Origin: an uncultured delta proteobacterium
GTDB lineage: Bacteria; Desulfobacterota; Syntrophobacteria; Syntrophobacterales; Syntrophobacteraceae
DNA: 64,000 bases
Reading direction: 5' to 3'
Assembly: GCA_963795045.1 (NCBI GenBank)
Contig: CAWCGB010000008.1
Location: forward strand, 371,308 to 435,307
Positions within the stretch are counted from its first letter, which is position 1, and every line of letters starts with the position of its first letter. The position numbers and the translations under genes are program-made. The notes below the pieces were generated by a model. It was not told where the DNA came from, searched no databases, and saw only the letters and a program-made list of their open reading frames with translations. Of this stretch, positions 8,967 through 18,427 are shown one piece after another.

Positions 8967-9281
8967 ATGCAGCATTTCAAAATCGACTTTGACGCTCTCG
9001 AGTGGCAGTCGCCCCTTCCGGGAGCACGCTTCAAGGCATATCGCTCGGGCGGAAAACAGATCCGCCTCGTGGAGTTCACTTCCGAGTTCGTCGAACCTCA
9101 CTGGTGCGAGAAGGGCCATATCGGGTTAATTCTCGAAGGCAGCCTTGAGGTTGACTTCAGGGGCAACGTAGTCATATATCACAAGGCGGAGGGCATCTTC
9201 ATCTCCGCCGGACCGGACAGCGCGCACAAAGCCCGCTCACTCACGCCGGTTGTGCGGCTGGTGCTGGTCGAAGATGTTTAA
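8967..9281 (+). CDS. Cupin-domain protein
   Basis: ORF 8901..9281. ATG 8967 is 7 nt after GGGGAG. The small beta-barrel signature is HWCEKGHIGLILEGSLEVDF...GIFISAGPDSAHKA. Confidence 0.7.
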   Translation: MQHFKIDFDALEWQSPLPGARFKAYRSGGKQIRLVEFTSEFVEPHWCEKGHIGLILEGSLEVDFRGNVVIYHKAEGIFISAGPDSAHKARSLTPVVRLVLVEDV

Positions 9282-9368
9282 GGGTTCTTTTGCCTGACCC
9301 GTCACTGAAGCGGTACGCAAAAGGTAGCGTGACGCCGGGCGCCGTTACGGATCGTGGAGTTATAATCC

Positions 9369-10160
9369 ATGGGTATGAAGGAAAATCCGCCCCTACCGAT
9401 ATCCCTCGGGAAAAGGCTCAGGAAGAGCTCGATTCGATGCGTCGGGCTGAAACCGAACTGGAGCGACTACCCGGAAGAGTTGCAAAGAGAAATTCTGCTG
9501 GCCGAAAAGATATACTACCCGGGCCCGGTTTACGGCGAAATTTTCCAGGCGGCGGGATTGAGTGTTTTTCCGCGCAACTATTATTATTTTCTCGGCAACA
9601 AAATAGCGCAGACAGACCTTTTCAATTTGCTCCAGGTTCCCCAGCCGAGGACTAAGATTTATTATGGACGGGACCCTTTGGCGCTAATAGCTCGAGATTT
9701 CGCCTATCCCTTTGTTGCCAAAACCCCCTTCGGGTCATCCCGGGGCAAGGGCGTCTTCCTGATCTCCCGCCCGGAAGAGCTTTCCCGATATCTGGAAACC
9801 CACAATCCTGCGTACATTCAGGAGTATCTTCCGATAGAGCGCGATTTAAGGGTGGTGGTCATAGGCGGGCACCTTGTTCACGCATATTGGCGCATCCACG
9901 TTGAAGGCGATTTTAGAAATAATGTCACCCTGGGAGGGACCGTCTCGTTTGAAAACATCCCGGCGGAGGCGCTCGATTTTGCGGTGGAAGCGGCCCTTAA
10001 ATGCCGCTTCGATGAGGTCGGTCTCGACATCTGCGAGCACGGCGGAAAGTATTATGTCCTGGAAGCAAACATGGTCTTTGGCCAGGAGGGGTTCAAGAAA
10101 AAGGGCATGGACATCCATCAAATAATTGCGGATCTATTCGATTCAGGCCGCTCGCATTAA
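9369..10160 (+). CDS. ATP-grasp ligase (RimK-like)
   Basis: FVAKTPFGSSRGKGVFLI, IQEYLPIERDLRVVVIGG, FRNNVTLGG and YYVLEANMVFG are typical ATP-grasp elements. Confidence 0.7.
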   Translation: MGMKENPPLPISLGKRLRKSSIRCVGLKPNWSDYPEELQREILLAEKIYYPGPVYGEIFQAAGLSVFPRNYYYFLGNKIAQTDLFNLLQVPQPRTKIYYGRDPLALIARDFAYPFVAKTPFGSSRGKGVFLISRPEELSRYLETHNPAYIQEYLPIERDLRVVVIGGHLVHAYWRIHVEGDFRNNVTLGGTVSFENIPAEALDFAVEAALKCRFDEVGLDICEHGGKYYVLEANMVFGQEGFKKKGMDIHQIIADLFDSGRSH

Positions 10161-10215
10161 CCTGCCTCGTTCCGTCTCTGAGCACCTTCGCTCGCATTTG
10201 CGAAAGGGCTGCATC

Positions 10216-10767
10216 CTATGGTACCAAGTGCAGGTTCCCCGGTGCAGGAATTGCTGCAACTAACCAGCCATGACTAACTTCAGGGTCTGATGACTCAAAA
10301 TTTCCGGCGGACGTTTGTCCAATAGAACACTCCCCGGAACTGGTGTCCGGACCGTTCGCATTCCTGAAATATTGAATTCCGACCGTTGCCACGCCGACAA
10401 TGTCGTTCGGTCCCAGGGGCTTGCTGAAATTGGACATACCGTTATTAAAGGGTGCAGAGAGATTTGCGCTGTGCGGTCCATATCCCGGGTCATCTGGATA
10501 TAAACTGCCTAAGTCATAACCGAATAATTTCATAAAAGCATACCCGCTATCGTAGGCAAATGATCCGCTCGACACTCCGAACGCGTCCTGGAAGAGCCCT
10601 TTGATTTCCTCCGTTGTCGCGAATCGAAAACCATAAAAGATTCCGCCGGGAAGTGTTCCTGCGACGACCTGATTAAGGGACATGTATTCTGTTGCCGTGA
10701 TTGGGAGCCAATTCAAGCCGGTCCGTGTATCAAGAATGGTGGTATTTGCCTTGAGTAAACTTCCCAT
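10216..10767 (-). CDS. Hypothetical protein, DUF1566-like, with a decayed PEP-CTERM-like end
   Basis: LDTRTGLNWL and FRFATTEEIKGLF resemble DUF1566 motifs. There is no signal peptide. It ends IPAPGNLHLVP*, where a PEP-CTERM anchor would normally continue. RBS AAGGGGGA is upstream. Confidence 0.4.
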   Translation of the reverse strand: MGSLLKANTTILDTRTGLNWLPITATEYMSLNQVVAGTLPGGIFYGFRFATTEEIKGLFQDAFGVSSGSFAYDSGYAFMKLFGYDLGSLYPDDPGYGPHSANLSAPFNNGMSNFSKPLGPNDIVGVATVGIQYFRNANGPDTSSGECSIGQTSAGNFESSDPEVSHGWLVAAIPAPGNLHLVP

Positions 10768-11173
10768 GCCACTTGTCCCCCTTGAACTGGAAAGAAGTGA
10801 TTAGTAGGCCGCAGATGAATCAATTTCTGGGGTAAGAAGAGAAAAAACTGGAACTGTTACGAACAGGATATGGGCGCCGATAGCGTACAGTGAGGTAGGG
10901 CCTTTTCCATGCGGCTATAAAATAACCCGATCGGTTAACGTGTCAAGTAGGTTAATGAAGTTGGTACAAACCGGATCTATTGATATCCGAATTGGAAGGT
11001 TCCGAGTGGAAGCTCCCGTGCCGCCCGATAGACTCACGCATCGTGCGGCCCGCCGATATTGTCCTGATAAAGTAATGACTGCTTTTCAGTTCGGTATTCG
11101 AATATAACCTCATTCGCACTCATCAGTGTTTATCCGTGGTTCAGTTGTCCTTTTTCTTTCCTTCCTGTCCGGG

Positions 11174-12823
11174 TTACAATTGGCAGGTCTCGCAAGCAGG
11201 CAATCGATCCGCCTCCTGCTTTTCCCGGGCGTTTCGCAGCGCTGCATCCAGGTGGGCTTGGGCCGAAATCATTTCTTCCTCGATTTTTTGAAGCACTTGC
11301 GGTGGAAGGTGGAAGTCGGGGCTTTCCAAAATCTTGCTGAGCACTTCGGCTTTTTGGGCCAGCTTTGACATATAGCCACTCCACTTCGGACCCATCGTTT
11401 CCACCACGGCAGCGGCCCCTGCGCGCTCGAGCCCCTCTGCCGTTATCCGGTCGCCAATTGAAGGCACTCTCGTATCAAACGGGAATTTCTGTCTCAGGAT
11501 GTTTGCGAATCCCTCGCTTACACTTTGTTCGCCGTGTATCAAGTAGACCCGCATTTTCGGATTTTTGAAATGGCTGAGCCACTCGATCAGCGCATTCTGG
11601 TCCGCGTGAGACGACAAGCCGCCGATCGTGAAAACTTTTGCCCGCACGATCACCCTTTCGCCCAGTATCCTAACCATGTGCGCGCCTTCGATGAGGCTCC
11701 TGCCCAGGCTGCCCGCCGCCTGAAAGCCCACGATCACCAGCGAGCATCCGGGCTTCCAGAGGTTGTGCTTGAGGTGATGCCTGATCCGGCCGGCCGTACA
11801 CATTCCGTTTCCAGCAATCACGATGGCCGGACCGGAACGTCTGTTTATTTCCATTGACTCCAGGGCCGAACGGGTGAGTACAAGCTGATCCAGATCGAAA
11901 GGGTCCTTTCCCGATTCCAGCAAAGCCCTGGTCTCTGTGTCATAATACTGTTTCATGTTGGAGAATATGGTTGTGGCGGCTATCGCAAGAGGACTGTCCA
12001 GGTAGACCGGCATCCTCGGTATAAGTTTTTCACGGAAGAATTTACCGAGGATGAAAAGAAGCTCTTGTGTCCGCTCCACGGCAAAAGCGGGAATAATGAC
12101 TTTTTCGCCGTGGCTGTAGCTGTACTGGATAGCATTCAGCAGTTCCTGTTCGCTTTGTTCTAGCGATTTGTGATTGCGGTTTCCATATGTTGACTCCATA
12201 AAGAGGATGTCCGCTTCCGTCAGGGTCTCGGGGTCTCCCACGATCAAATGCCCTTTGTAGCCCAGATCACCGGTAAAGACGGTTTTTGGCGCGCTGTCCG
12301 GAGGCCCTCCCCAGATTTCCAGAAATGAAGACCCGAGAATATGTCCCGAGTTGCGGAACCGGATGCTGAGGTCCGCCTCAAGACGATAAATCTCGTCCTG
12401 CTTTACCGGTTCGAAGAGATCAAAACAATCCTTGGCGTCCGAAACCTGGTAGAGCGGTTGGATGAGCTGCTCGCCCCGGCGTTTGTTCTTCCTGCTCTGC
12501 CACTCGGCTTCCATTTCCTGGATGTGAGCGGAGTCCAGGAGAAGTATTTTGGTAAGCTCGATAGTTGGAGCGCTTGCATAGATCCTGCCCCGAAAACCGT
12601 CTCTTACCAGCTTGGGTATACGGCCGGAATGGTCAATGTGGGCATGAGTGAGAAAGACTGCCTCGATATCGGCGGGGTTAAAGCCCCAGGGGCCGCGATT
12701 TAACGATTCCATTTTACTGCCGCCCTGAAAGAGGCCGCAGTCGACCAGGTATTTTCGACCGTTATCGATGAGAAAACTGGAACCGGTCACGCAACGCGCG
12801 GCGCCAAGGCAGGTTATCTGCAT
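11174..12823 (-). CDS. MBL-fold beta-CASP ribonuclease (RNase J/CPSF-like)
   Basis: HAHIDHSG metal motif plus beta-CASP and RNA-specificity region. A ~90-aa charged C-terminal tail ends in CETCQL. Confidence 0.85.
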   Translation of the reverse strand: MQITCLGAARCVTGSSFLIDNGRKYLVDCGLFQGGSKMESLNRGPWGFNPADIEAVFLTHAHIDHSGRIPKLVRDGFRGRIYASAPTIELTKILLLDSAHIQEMEAEWQSRKNKRRGEQLIQPLYQVSDAKDCFDLFEPVKQDEIYRLEADLSIRFRNSGHILGSSFLEIWGGPPDSAPKTVFTGDLGYKGHLIVGDPETLTEADILFMESTYGNRNHKSLEQSEQELLNAIQYSYSHGEKVIIPAFAVERTQELLFILGKFFREKLIPRMPVYLDSPLAIAATTIFSNMKQYYDTETRALLESGKDPFDLDQLVLTRSALESMEINRRSGPAIVIAGNGMCTAGRIRHHLKHNLWKPGCSLVIVGFQAAGSLGRSLIEGAHMVRILGERVIVRAKVFTIGGLSSHADQNALIEWLSHFKNPKMRVYLIHGEQSVSEGFANILRQKFPFDTRVPSIGDRITAEGLERAGAAAVVETMGPKWSGYMSKLAQKAEVLSKILESPDFHLPPQVLQKIEEEMISAQAHLDAALRNAREKQEADRLPACETCQL

Positions 12824-13180
12824 TCAGTGTTTTCCTTTGAGTCTGTACTCGAGTTTATACAAGAAAGTCGCAAGTGCTCGGCGCCGGAAAATCCCTCCCC
12901 AGGGGCCCGCCACAATGTCATTGTCTTCTATTTGGTCACAATATGCAATATATTTAATACGTTGAAGCATATTTAAGCCGGTTTGTCCAATTCTGTTTGT
13001 TCTTGACAAATCCTGGAAGAGGGGGGAAACAGAGGTCGCCGGATGACTTAGCGGCGGCCCTCGGCGGGCAAGGCGGTATTTCGGCGGCGCAATGTGCTTC
13101 AGAAAATGAAGATGAAGTTTATTTGAGCTGGCAAGAACAGGGGAACTGCGGTTCCGCTCTTTGTATGTAAAGGAAATGAG

Positions 13181-14362
13181 ATGACAAACGGGAAAAAAGG
13201 CAGAGGCAAACTCATAGTATTCGGAATCATATTCTGGTACCCGCTCGCGGGTGTGACGTACCAGTTTTTGCATTACCTGATCGGGCTCAGGCGGCTGGGG
13301 TGGGACGTTTACTACGTCGAGGACTCGAGCCGGTGGGTCTTTGATGTCAACGACTTCGAGTTGACGCCTGATGCCTCTGCTAACATAGGGATGGTTGCCC
13401 CGGTCCTCGATAGGTACGGATTTTCCGGAAAATGGGTCTTTCGCGGCGGCTACGAGGGCGGGAAATGCTACGGCATGAGCGAGGATGAACTGATGCGGCT
13501 CTACAAAGAGGCCGATGTCTGCTTCAACGTGACCGCTTCCCAGGAGCTTCGCGAAGAGCATATGTCCATCCCCAGGAGAATTTATGTCGAAAGCGATCCT
13601 TTTCACGTCCAGGTAAAGGTATTGGAAGGGGACATCAAGACATTGAACGCTCTTGCTGCGCACGATATCCATTTTTCTTTCGGAGAAAATCTGGGACAGC
13701 CCGACTGCGATTTGCCTGTCGATCTTGTGTGCTGGCACCCGACCAGGCAGCCCGTGCTTATGGACCTCTGGAAAAATCCCTTTCCTGTCTCCAAGGATTC
13801 GGTCTATTCGACCGTTACTACCTGGAAAAACAAGGGCAAGGACCTGGTTTTCCGGGGCGAGACATACTACTGGACGAAGGACCGGGAGTTTCTCAAGATC
13901 ATCGACCTGCCGAAGCGCAGACCCGTTGGTTTTGAACTTGCAACTGAGGTGGACGATGAGACGCGCCGGTTCCTTAACGAAAATGGATGGAGGATCAGGC
14001 GTTCTCTACCCATCTCCGGCGATGTGGATAAGTACCGGGAGTATATCCAGAAATCCAGGGGCGAGTTCACGGTTACAAAGGAGCAGGTGGTGCGCCCGAG
14101 GACCGGCTGGTTTAGCGACCGGAGTTGCACATTCCTTGCCGCCGGGCGGCCCGTCATAACCCAGGAGACCGGATTCAGCAAGTTCCTGCCCACCGGGAAA
14201 GGGCTTTTCGGATTTCTGACGATGGATGAAATTCTGGCCGCCGTCGATGTGATAGAGAGCGATTACGAGGGAAGCTGCAAGGCCGCGCGCGAAATCGCAG
14301 AGGAATATTTCGCGGCGGAAAAGGTGCTCGGAAAATTAATGTCTGAGGCGGGCCTTGGGTAA
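13181..14362 (+). CDS. GT-B-fold glycosyltransferase-like protein (CgeB/DUF3880-like, tentative)
   Basis: 393 aa, RBS AAAGGAAA. The C-terminal half (TGWFSDRSCTFLAAGRPVITQETGF...AAREIAEEYFAAEKVLGKL) resembles GT1-type C-domains. The N-terminal half was not recognised. Confidence 0.4.
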   Translation: MTNGKKGRGKLIVFGIIFWYPLAGVTYQFLHYLIGLRRLGWDVYYVEDSSRWVFDVNDFELTPDASANIGMVAPVLDRYGFSGKWVFRGGYEGGKCYGMSEDELMRLYKEADVCFNVTASQELREEHMSIPRRIYVESDPFHVQVKVLEGDIKTLNALAAHDIHFSFGENLGQPDCDLPVDLVCWHPTRQPVLMDLWKNPFPVSKDSVYSTVTTWKNKGKDLVFRGETYYWTKDREFLKIIDLPKRRPVGFELATEVDDETRRFLNENGWRIRRSLPISGDVDKYREYIQKSRGEFTVTKEQVVRPRTGWFSDRSCTFLAAGRPVITQETGFSKFLPTGKGLFGFLTMDEILAAVDVIESDYEGSCKAAREIAEEYFAAEKVLGKLMSEAGLG

Positions 14363-14689
14363 GGCCGCAAAATATGCCGCCTGACCCAGGCTCTTCAAAT
14401 GAACCGTCCCACTCGCCCGTTTAGCGTTAGTGACACGGCATCTCATACATCTCGAATACATGCATTGAATGCGTACGGTAGCGACCCTTCCACGGCGGCG
14501 CTTGCCTGCTAAGCCCCTAGCCCGCAGGATGGGTGGAGCGCAGCCCGCCCAAAACCTTCCGTAAGAGCTTTTCACGTCCCTTCGGGACACCCTGAAACCC
14601 ATGAAAAGGCGCAACTTTTCTTAAGAGTTATTCCTGTCTCACTGGGGCTTCTTCGCGTTCTTCGCGTCTTCGCGTGAAAGACTTTCTTT

Positions 14690-15613
14690 TCAGCTTTCCC
14701 TCGGAAGATACCGCACAGCGAGCCATCCTGCCGCAAAGCCTAAAAGAGCCATTATCCCCAGCAGTACCGCTGCATTTTGCAGCATATCCCACGATAACCA
14801 GTTGAAAGGCTCTTCCGGAAAACCGGCTGCTATGTGGAGTTCTCCCGACGACCCGCTCGTTACGCTGGTAATGGCAAAGTCTCGCACGACTCCGTCCAGG
14901 CCTTTTTCTTCCACGAATCCTTCCTTTTGACTTAGCATCGCCTTGATTACGGGCGCATCGGGCATTGAGCGCCCAATCCACTCATCGGCGTTTGGGTAGT
15001 TCGCCAGAATGGTCCCTTTGGAGTCGACAATCAAAACCTTGCCGTTTCCGGGAAATGTTTTTTCGGAAATCCGGACCAGCTCCTTCAGGTCCAAAAAGGC
15101 ATAAATTATACCTTCCGGCTGACCGCTTTCACTTAACCACGGGTAAACGAGACCGATTGCATGCTTGCCGGTGGTGCGGGAGAGCACATGATCACTGAAA
15201 ACGAACCGGCCGGTTTCAACGGCCTGCCGAAAATACTCCCTGTCTGCGATGTTGATCCTGGCCGAACCTGCCCCATTGCAGAAAACGTCCCCGTTCAGGT
15301 CAGCCGCCCCGATGTTGCTGAAAAACGGCTGATTTTTCAGGATATCCGAAAACAGGCTGCGGCAGGACTCCGAATCTTCCCGCACGACCGGGGTGGATTT
15401 CGATAGAACTGTCAAAAGGAGCCTGGTCTGCTCCATCAGTTGCCTGTTAGACTCGGCCAGGTATTGAACCAGACTGCGAGCCGTATTCTGCCTTTCGGCC
15501 TTTTCATTCTTCCATTGCTGGTAGGCCGGATGAATTATTACATCGGTGGTGGGCAAGAAGAAAAGCGGAACGAGGATCAAAATTTGAAGCTGCATCATTT
15601 TCGCAGTAGACAT
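14690..15613 (-). CDS. Cache-type periplasmic sensor domain protein lacking any output domain
   Basis: TM1, then a ~230-aa Cache-like domain (ADREYFRQAVETG, LIVDSKGTILANYP), then TM2, then a stop within about 10 residues. Confidence 0.6.
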   Translation of the reverse strand: MSTAKMMQLQILILVPLFFLPTTDVIIHPAYQQWKNEKAERQNTARSLVQYLAESNRQLMEQTRLLLTVLSKSTPVVREDSESCRSLFSDILKNQPFFSNIGAADLNGDVFCNGAGSARINIADREYFRQAVETGRFVFSDHVLSRTTGKHAIGLVYPWLSESGQPEGIIYAFLDLKELVRISEKTFPGNGKVLIVDSKGTILANYPNADEWIGRSMPDAPVIKAMLSQKEGFVEEKGLDGVVRDFAITSVTSGSSGELHIAAGFPEEPFNWLSWDMLQNAAVLLGIMALLGFAAGWLAVRYLPRES

Positions 15614-15830
15614 TTATCATCCTTTACCGAATTTGTGAGAACTCACTTACTTTCACAATGTCCAATTTTACAAAATGTACTATACATATTTTGCCTGTTA
15701 ATAACACTGCAGGATTGTTCCATCCTGGGTCCGTTCCAAGCTTTTAGGATAGTCGGACCATGATTTATACGGGCTTATGCTGATACGAAGAACGCCGCCG
15801 TGGAAGACGGCGCAAAAAAGGTTCCTTGCT

Positions 15831-16988
15831 ATGAAAAAAGGTGAGAGCCATCCAGTTGCGGCGGCCTCTTCAACCGGCCGTTTTCAATGGCTTGACGGCG
15901 TCAGGGGAATGGCCGTCATCTGGATAGCTTTTTACCATTGCCTCCTTTCATATGATAACGGACGCCTGCCCTGGCCGATAACGTTCGGTTCCTTTCCCGG
16001 TTTCGTAGAGCAATGCGCCGGGGGATCCATCCTTGGAAAACTTTCCTGCGCCCTTGCAGGAACCATTTCTGCAATCATCCAGCGAGGCCCGCAGGGTGTC
16101 GGCGTTTTCATCCTCTTCAGCGGATTCGGCCTCACCTACTCGCTTGTAAGGCGCGGCGGGGTTGGAATTTCCTGGGCGGATTGGTACAAGCGCCGATTTA
16201 TGCGGCTTTGTCCGGTCTACTGGCTGGCCCATCTGGTCTTTCTGGTCTCTCCCTTCGTGGTCCTGCACGACCCTGTCGATTACCGTTTCCTGTTGAGCTT
16301 TTTCGGCGACAGGGTTTATCCCCTGGATAAGATGTTCTTCTACCTGGTCCCCGCCTGGTGGTTCCTTGGACTGCTGATAGAACTCTACATCGTTTTCCCG
16401 TTGCTCTTCAAGCTGATGCAGCGGCTGGGGTGGGTAAGATACCTGGTGCTCTGCGCCGTATTGAGCTCGACCGCCAGGTATGTTCTCTTCGCAATACTGA
16501 AAGCAAACGGATATTATGTGATGGGGGCTTTCTTTGCCTGCAGGCTCTGGGAATTTGCGGCCGGAATGGCATTGGGAAAATCCATGGCCGAATCACCCGG
16601 CAGGACGCTGAGCCTGCTGCTTTCCTGGAAGGGATTCTCCATCGGGGCAATCATTTACGCGCTCGGGCTTTTTACCTACCAGCCCAACTTCATGTATAGC
16701 TTCTCGGACGGCCTTACCGCAATGGGTTTGTCGCTCATATTGATTCACGTGGCCTACCGTTTCGACAGGGTGCCCGGTGTTGGCAGGTCTCTTGGCTGGG
16801 CGGGAGTCTATTCCTATGGCATCTATCTTTTTCACCAGCCGTACGTCATGTATGCCGGTGAAAAGCTTCGATCCTGCTCCCTCGGTGTTTTCCTTATTCT
16901 GGCATCTGTGGTAATAGTTGTGGTAGCTTTGGCCTCGATGTTCTCGGAGCATGCGCTCAACAGCACTGTAACTCGTTTTTCCCGCTAG
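15831..16988 (+). CDS. Membrane acyltransferase family 3 (OafA/YrhL-like)
   Basis: ORF 15777..16988. FQWLDGVRGMAVIWIAFYHC is the typical N-terminal motif, followed by about 10 TM segments. Start 15777 or 15831. The stop TAG at 16986-16988 overlaps the IS630 target TA. Confidence 0.75.
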   Translation: MKKGESHPVAAASSTGRFQWLDGVRGMAVIWIAFYHCLLSYDNGRLPWPITFGSFPGFVEQCAGGSILGKLSCALAGTISAIIQRGPQGVGVFILFSGFGLTYSLVRRGGVGISWADWYKRRFMRLCPVYWLAHLVFLVSPFVVLHDPVDYRFLLSFFGDRVYPLDKMFFYLVPAWWFLGLLIELYIVFPLLFKLMQRLGWVRYLVLCAVLSSTARYVLFAILKANGYYVMGAFFACRLWEFAAGMALGKSMAESPGRTLSLLLSWKGFSIGAIIYALGLFTYQPNFMYSFSDGLTAMGLSLILIHVAYRFDRVPGVGRSLGWAGVYSYGIYLFHQPYVMYAGEKLRSCSLGVFLILASVVIVVVALASMFSEHALNSTVTRFSR

Positions 16989-18205
16989 TACCATGTAACA
17001 TTGCAATATTCGTATAATTCGGTATAATCATGGCAAATTCCAGGAGGAGGGATTCGCCATGGCACCACGATACCGAGTAACCTTGACGGAACAAGAGCGC
17101 CAGGGACTTGAGGCGCTGACGAAAACGGGCAAGACCAATGCGAAACGATTTCTCTTCGCACGCGCTTTGCTCCTGTGCGATGCAGGTCCTTTTGGGCCTG
17201 CGTGGACTGTAGCGGATACGGCTGAGGCCATGGGCGTCACGCCTCGCACCATCGAGCACCTTAAGAAGCGCTTCGTAGAAGATGGATTAGCTGCAGCGTT
17301 GGAGCGCAGGCAACCGGAACAGCCATCGCGCGAGGTAATTTTTGACGGGGCTTTCGAGGCGCGGGTTATCGCCTTGGCATGCTCAGAATCACCGGAGGGG
17401 CGACGGCGCTGGACTGTACGGCTTCTGGCTGAAAAAGCGGTTGAGCTGCATCTGGCCCAAAGCGTTTCGCATATGACGGTGCAGCGCATACTTAAAAAAA
17501 CGAACTTAAGCCTCACCTCAGGAAGTATTGGAAAATCCCGCCGGAGGGGAGCGCCGCGTTCGTAGCAAATATGGAAGATGTCATCGCTGTCTATCATTTG
17601 CCGTACGATCCCGATTATCCGCAGGTCTGTATGGATGAAAGCTGTAAGCAACTCATCGGGGAAGCGCACGAGGCGATAGCTTGCGCGCCCGGAAGACCCA
17701 AACGGATGGACGCCGAATACGTCCGCAATGGTGTTGCCCAGATTTTCCTTGAAGTGGAACCGTTGACGGGCAAGCGCCACGTGGAGGCCGCCCAGCATAG
17801 AACCATGAAAGACTGGGCGTTGTGGATCAAGGGCATGCTCGTCAAGCGATACCCAAAGGCAGTGAAAGTGCGCTTGGTCCTGGACAATCTGAACACACAC
17901 TGTCTTGCCTCTCTTTACGAGACGTTTAAACCTCAAGAGGCTCGACGCTTGGCAGAACGCCTGGAAATCCATTACACACCAAAACGCGGCAGTTGGCTCA
18001 ATATGGCGGAGATAGAGCTGAGCGCGTTAAACGGACAGAGCCTGGACCGGCGAATTCCCGATATAGAAACATTGCGTGGCCATATCGCCGCGTGGGAAAA
18101 TGACCGGAACAACCGGCAAGCAAAGATTCAATGGCAGTTCACGAATGCCAAGGCGCGCATAAAGCTGAAGCGCCTTTATCCGCAACTATAAGCGTTACAT
18201 GGTAC
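16988..18205 (+). mobile_element. Intact IS630-family insertion sequence with TA target-site duplication
   Basis: 12-bp perfect terminal inverted repeats: GTACCATGTAAC at 16988-16999 and GTTACATGGTAC at 18194-18205. It is flanked by TA at 16986-16987 and 18206-18207. Confidence 0.85.
17059..18191 (+). CDS. IS630-family DDE transposase, expressed through a -1 frameshift on an A7 run
   Basis: orfA is 17059..17565 (HTH). The -1 frame from 17499 reads KNELKPHLRKYWKIPPEGSAAFVANMEDVIAVYHLPYD and continues into ORF 17571..18191, which carries DD(E) motifs (VCMDES, LVLDNLNTH, WLNMAEIELS). The slippery A7 run is at 17494-17500. Confidence 0.85.
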
Positions 18206-18427
18206 TAGTCCCATTTTTTTGAAAAAATCTTGGCTGTTTCCTCTTTTTCATCAAAAAATAACTTAAAGTTTTTCTTTCTTTGAACCGATTTATGTTACGG
18301 ATGGGTAGTATCCAGACAGGGCCGGGTTCCAATCCGGCGATTGCAGATACCTGTTCCGGAACTGGACTCACCAGGCCATCCCCGTTAACGCACAACCTTC
18401 AAACCAGGACAACACAGGGGTTCAGAC

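Noticed and set aside
9290-9655. 121-aa + strand ORF overlapping the ATP-grasp start
   Set aside because: It is an out-of-frame overlap with the ATP-grasp ORF and has Arg/Pro/Gly-rich composition. The ATP-grasp frame explains the region.
12824-13738. 304-aa minus-strand ORF spanning the RNase/GT-like intergenic region and the 5' part of the + strand gene
   Set aside because: It is antisense to a better-supported ORF with an RBS (13181..14362). It has no recognisable motifs and an odd Arg/Pro-rich composition typical of shadow ORFs.
14651-14675. Clustered TTCGCG motifs considered as a possible CRISPR repeat or operator array
   Set aside because: The units are too short and irregular, and there is no spacer structure. 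It is reported only as repeat-like non-coding sequence.
17028-17972. 314-aa minus-strand ORF inside IS630
   Set aside because: It is antisense to the transposase, which has clear homology and DDE motifs.
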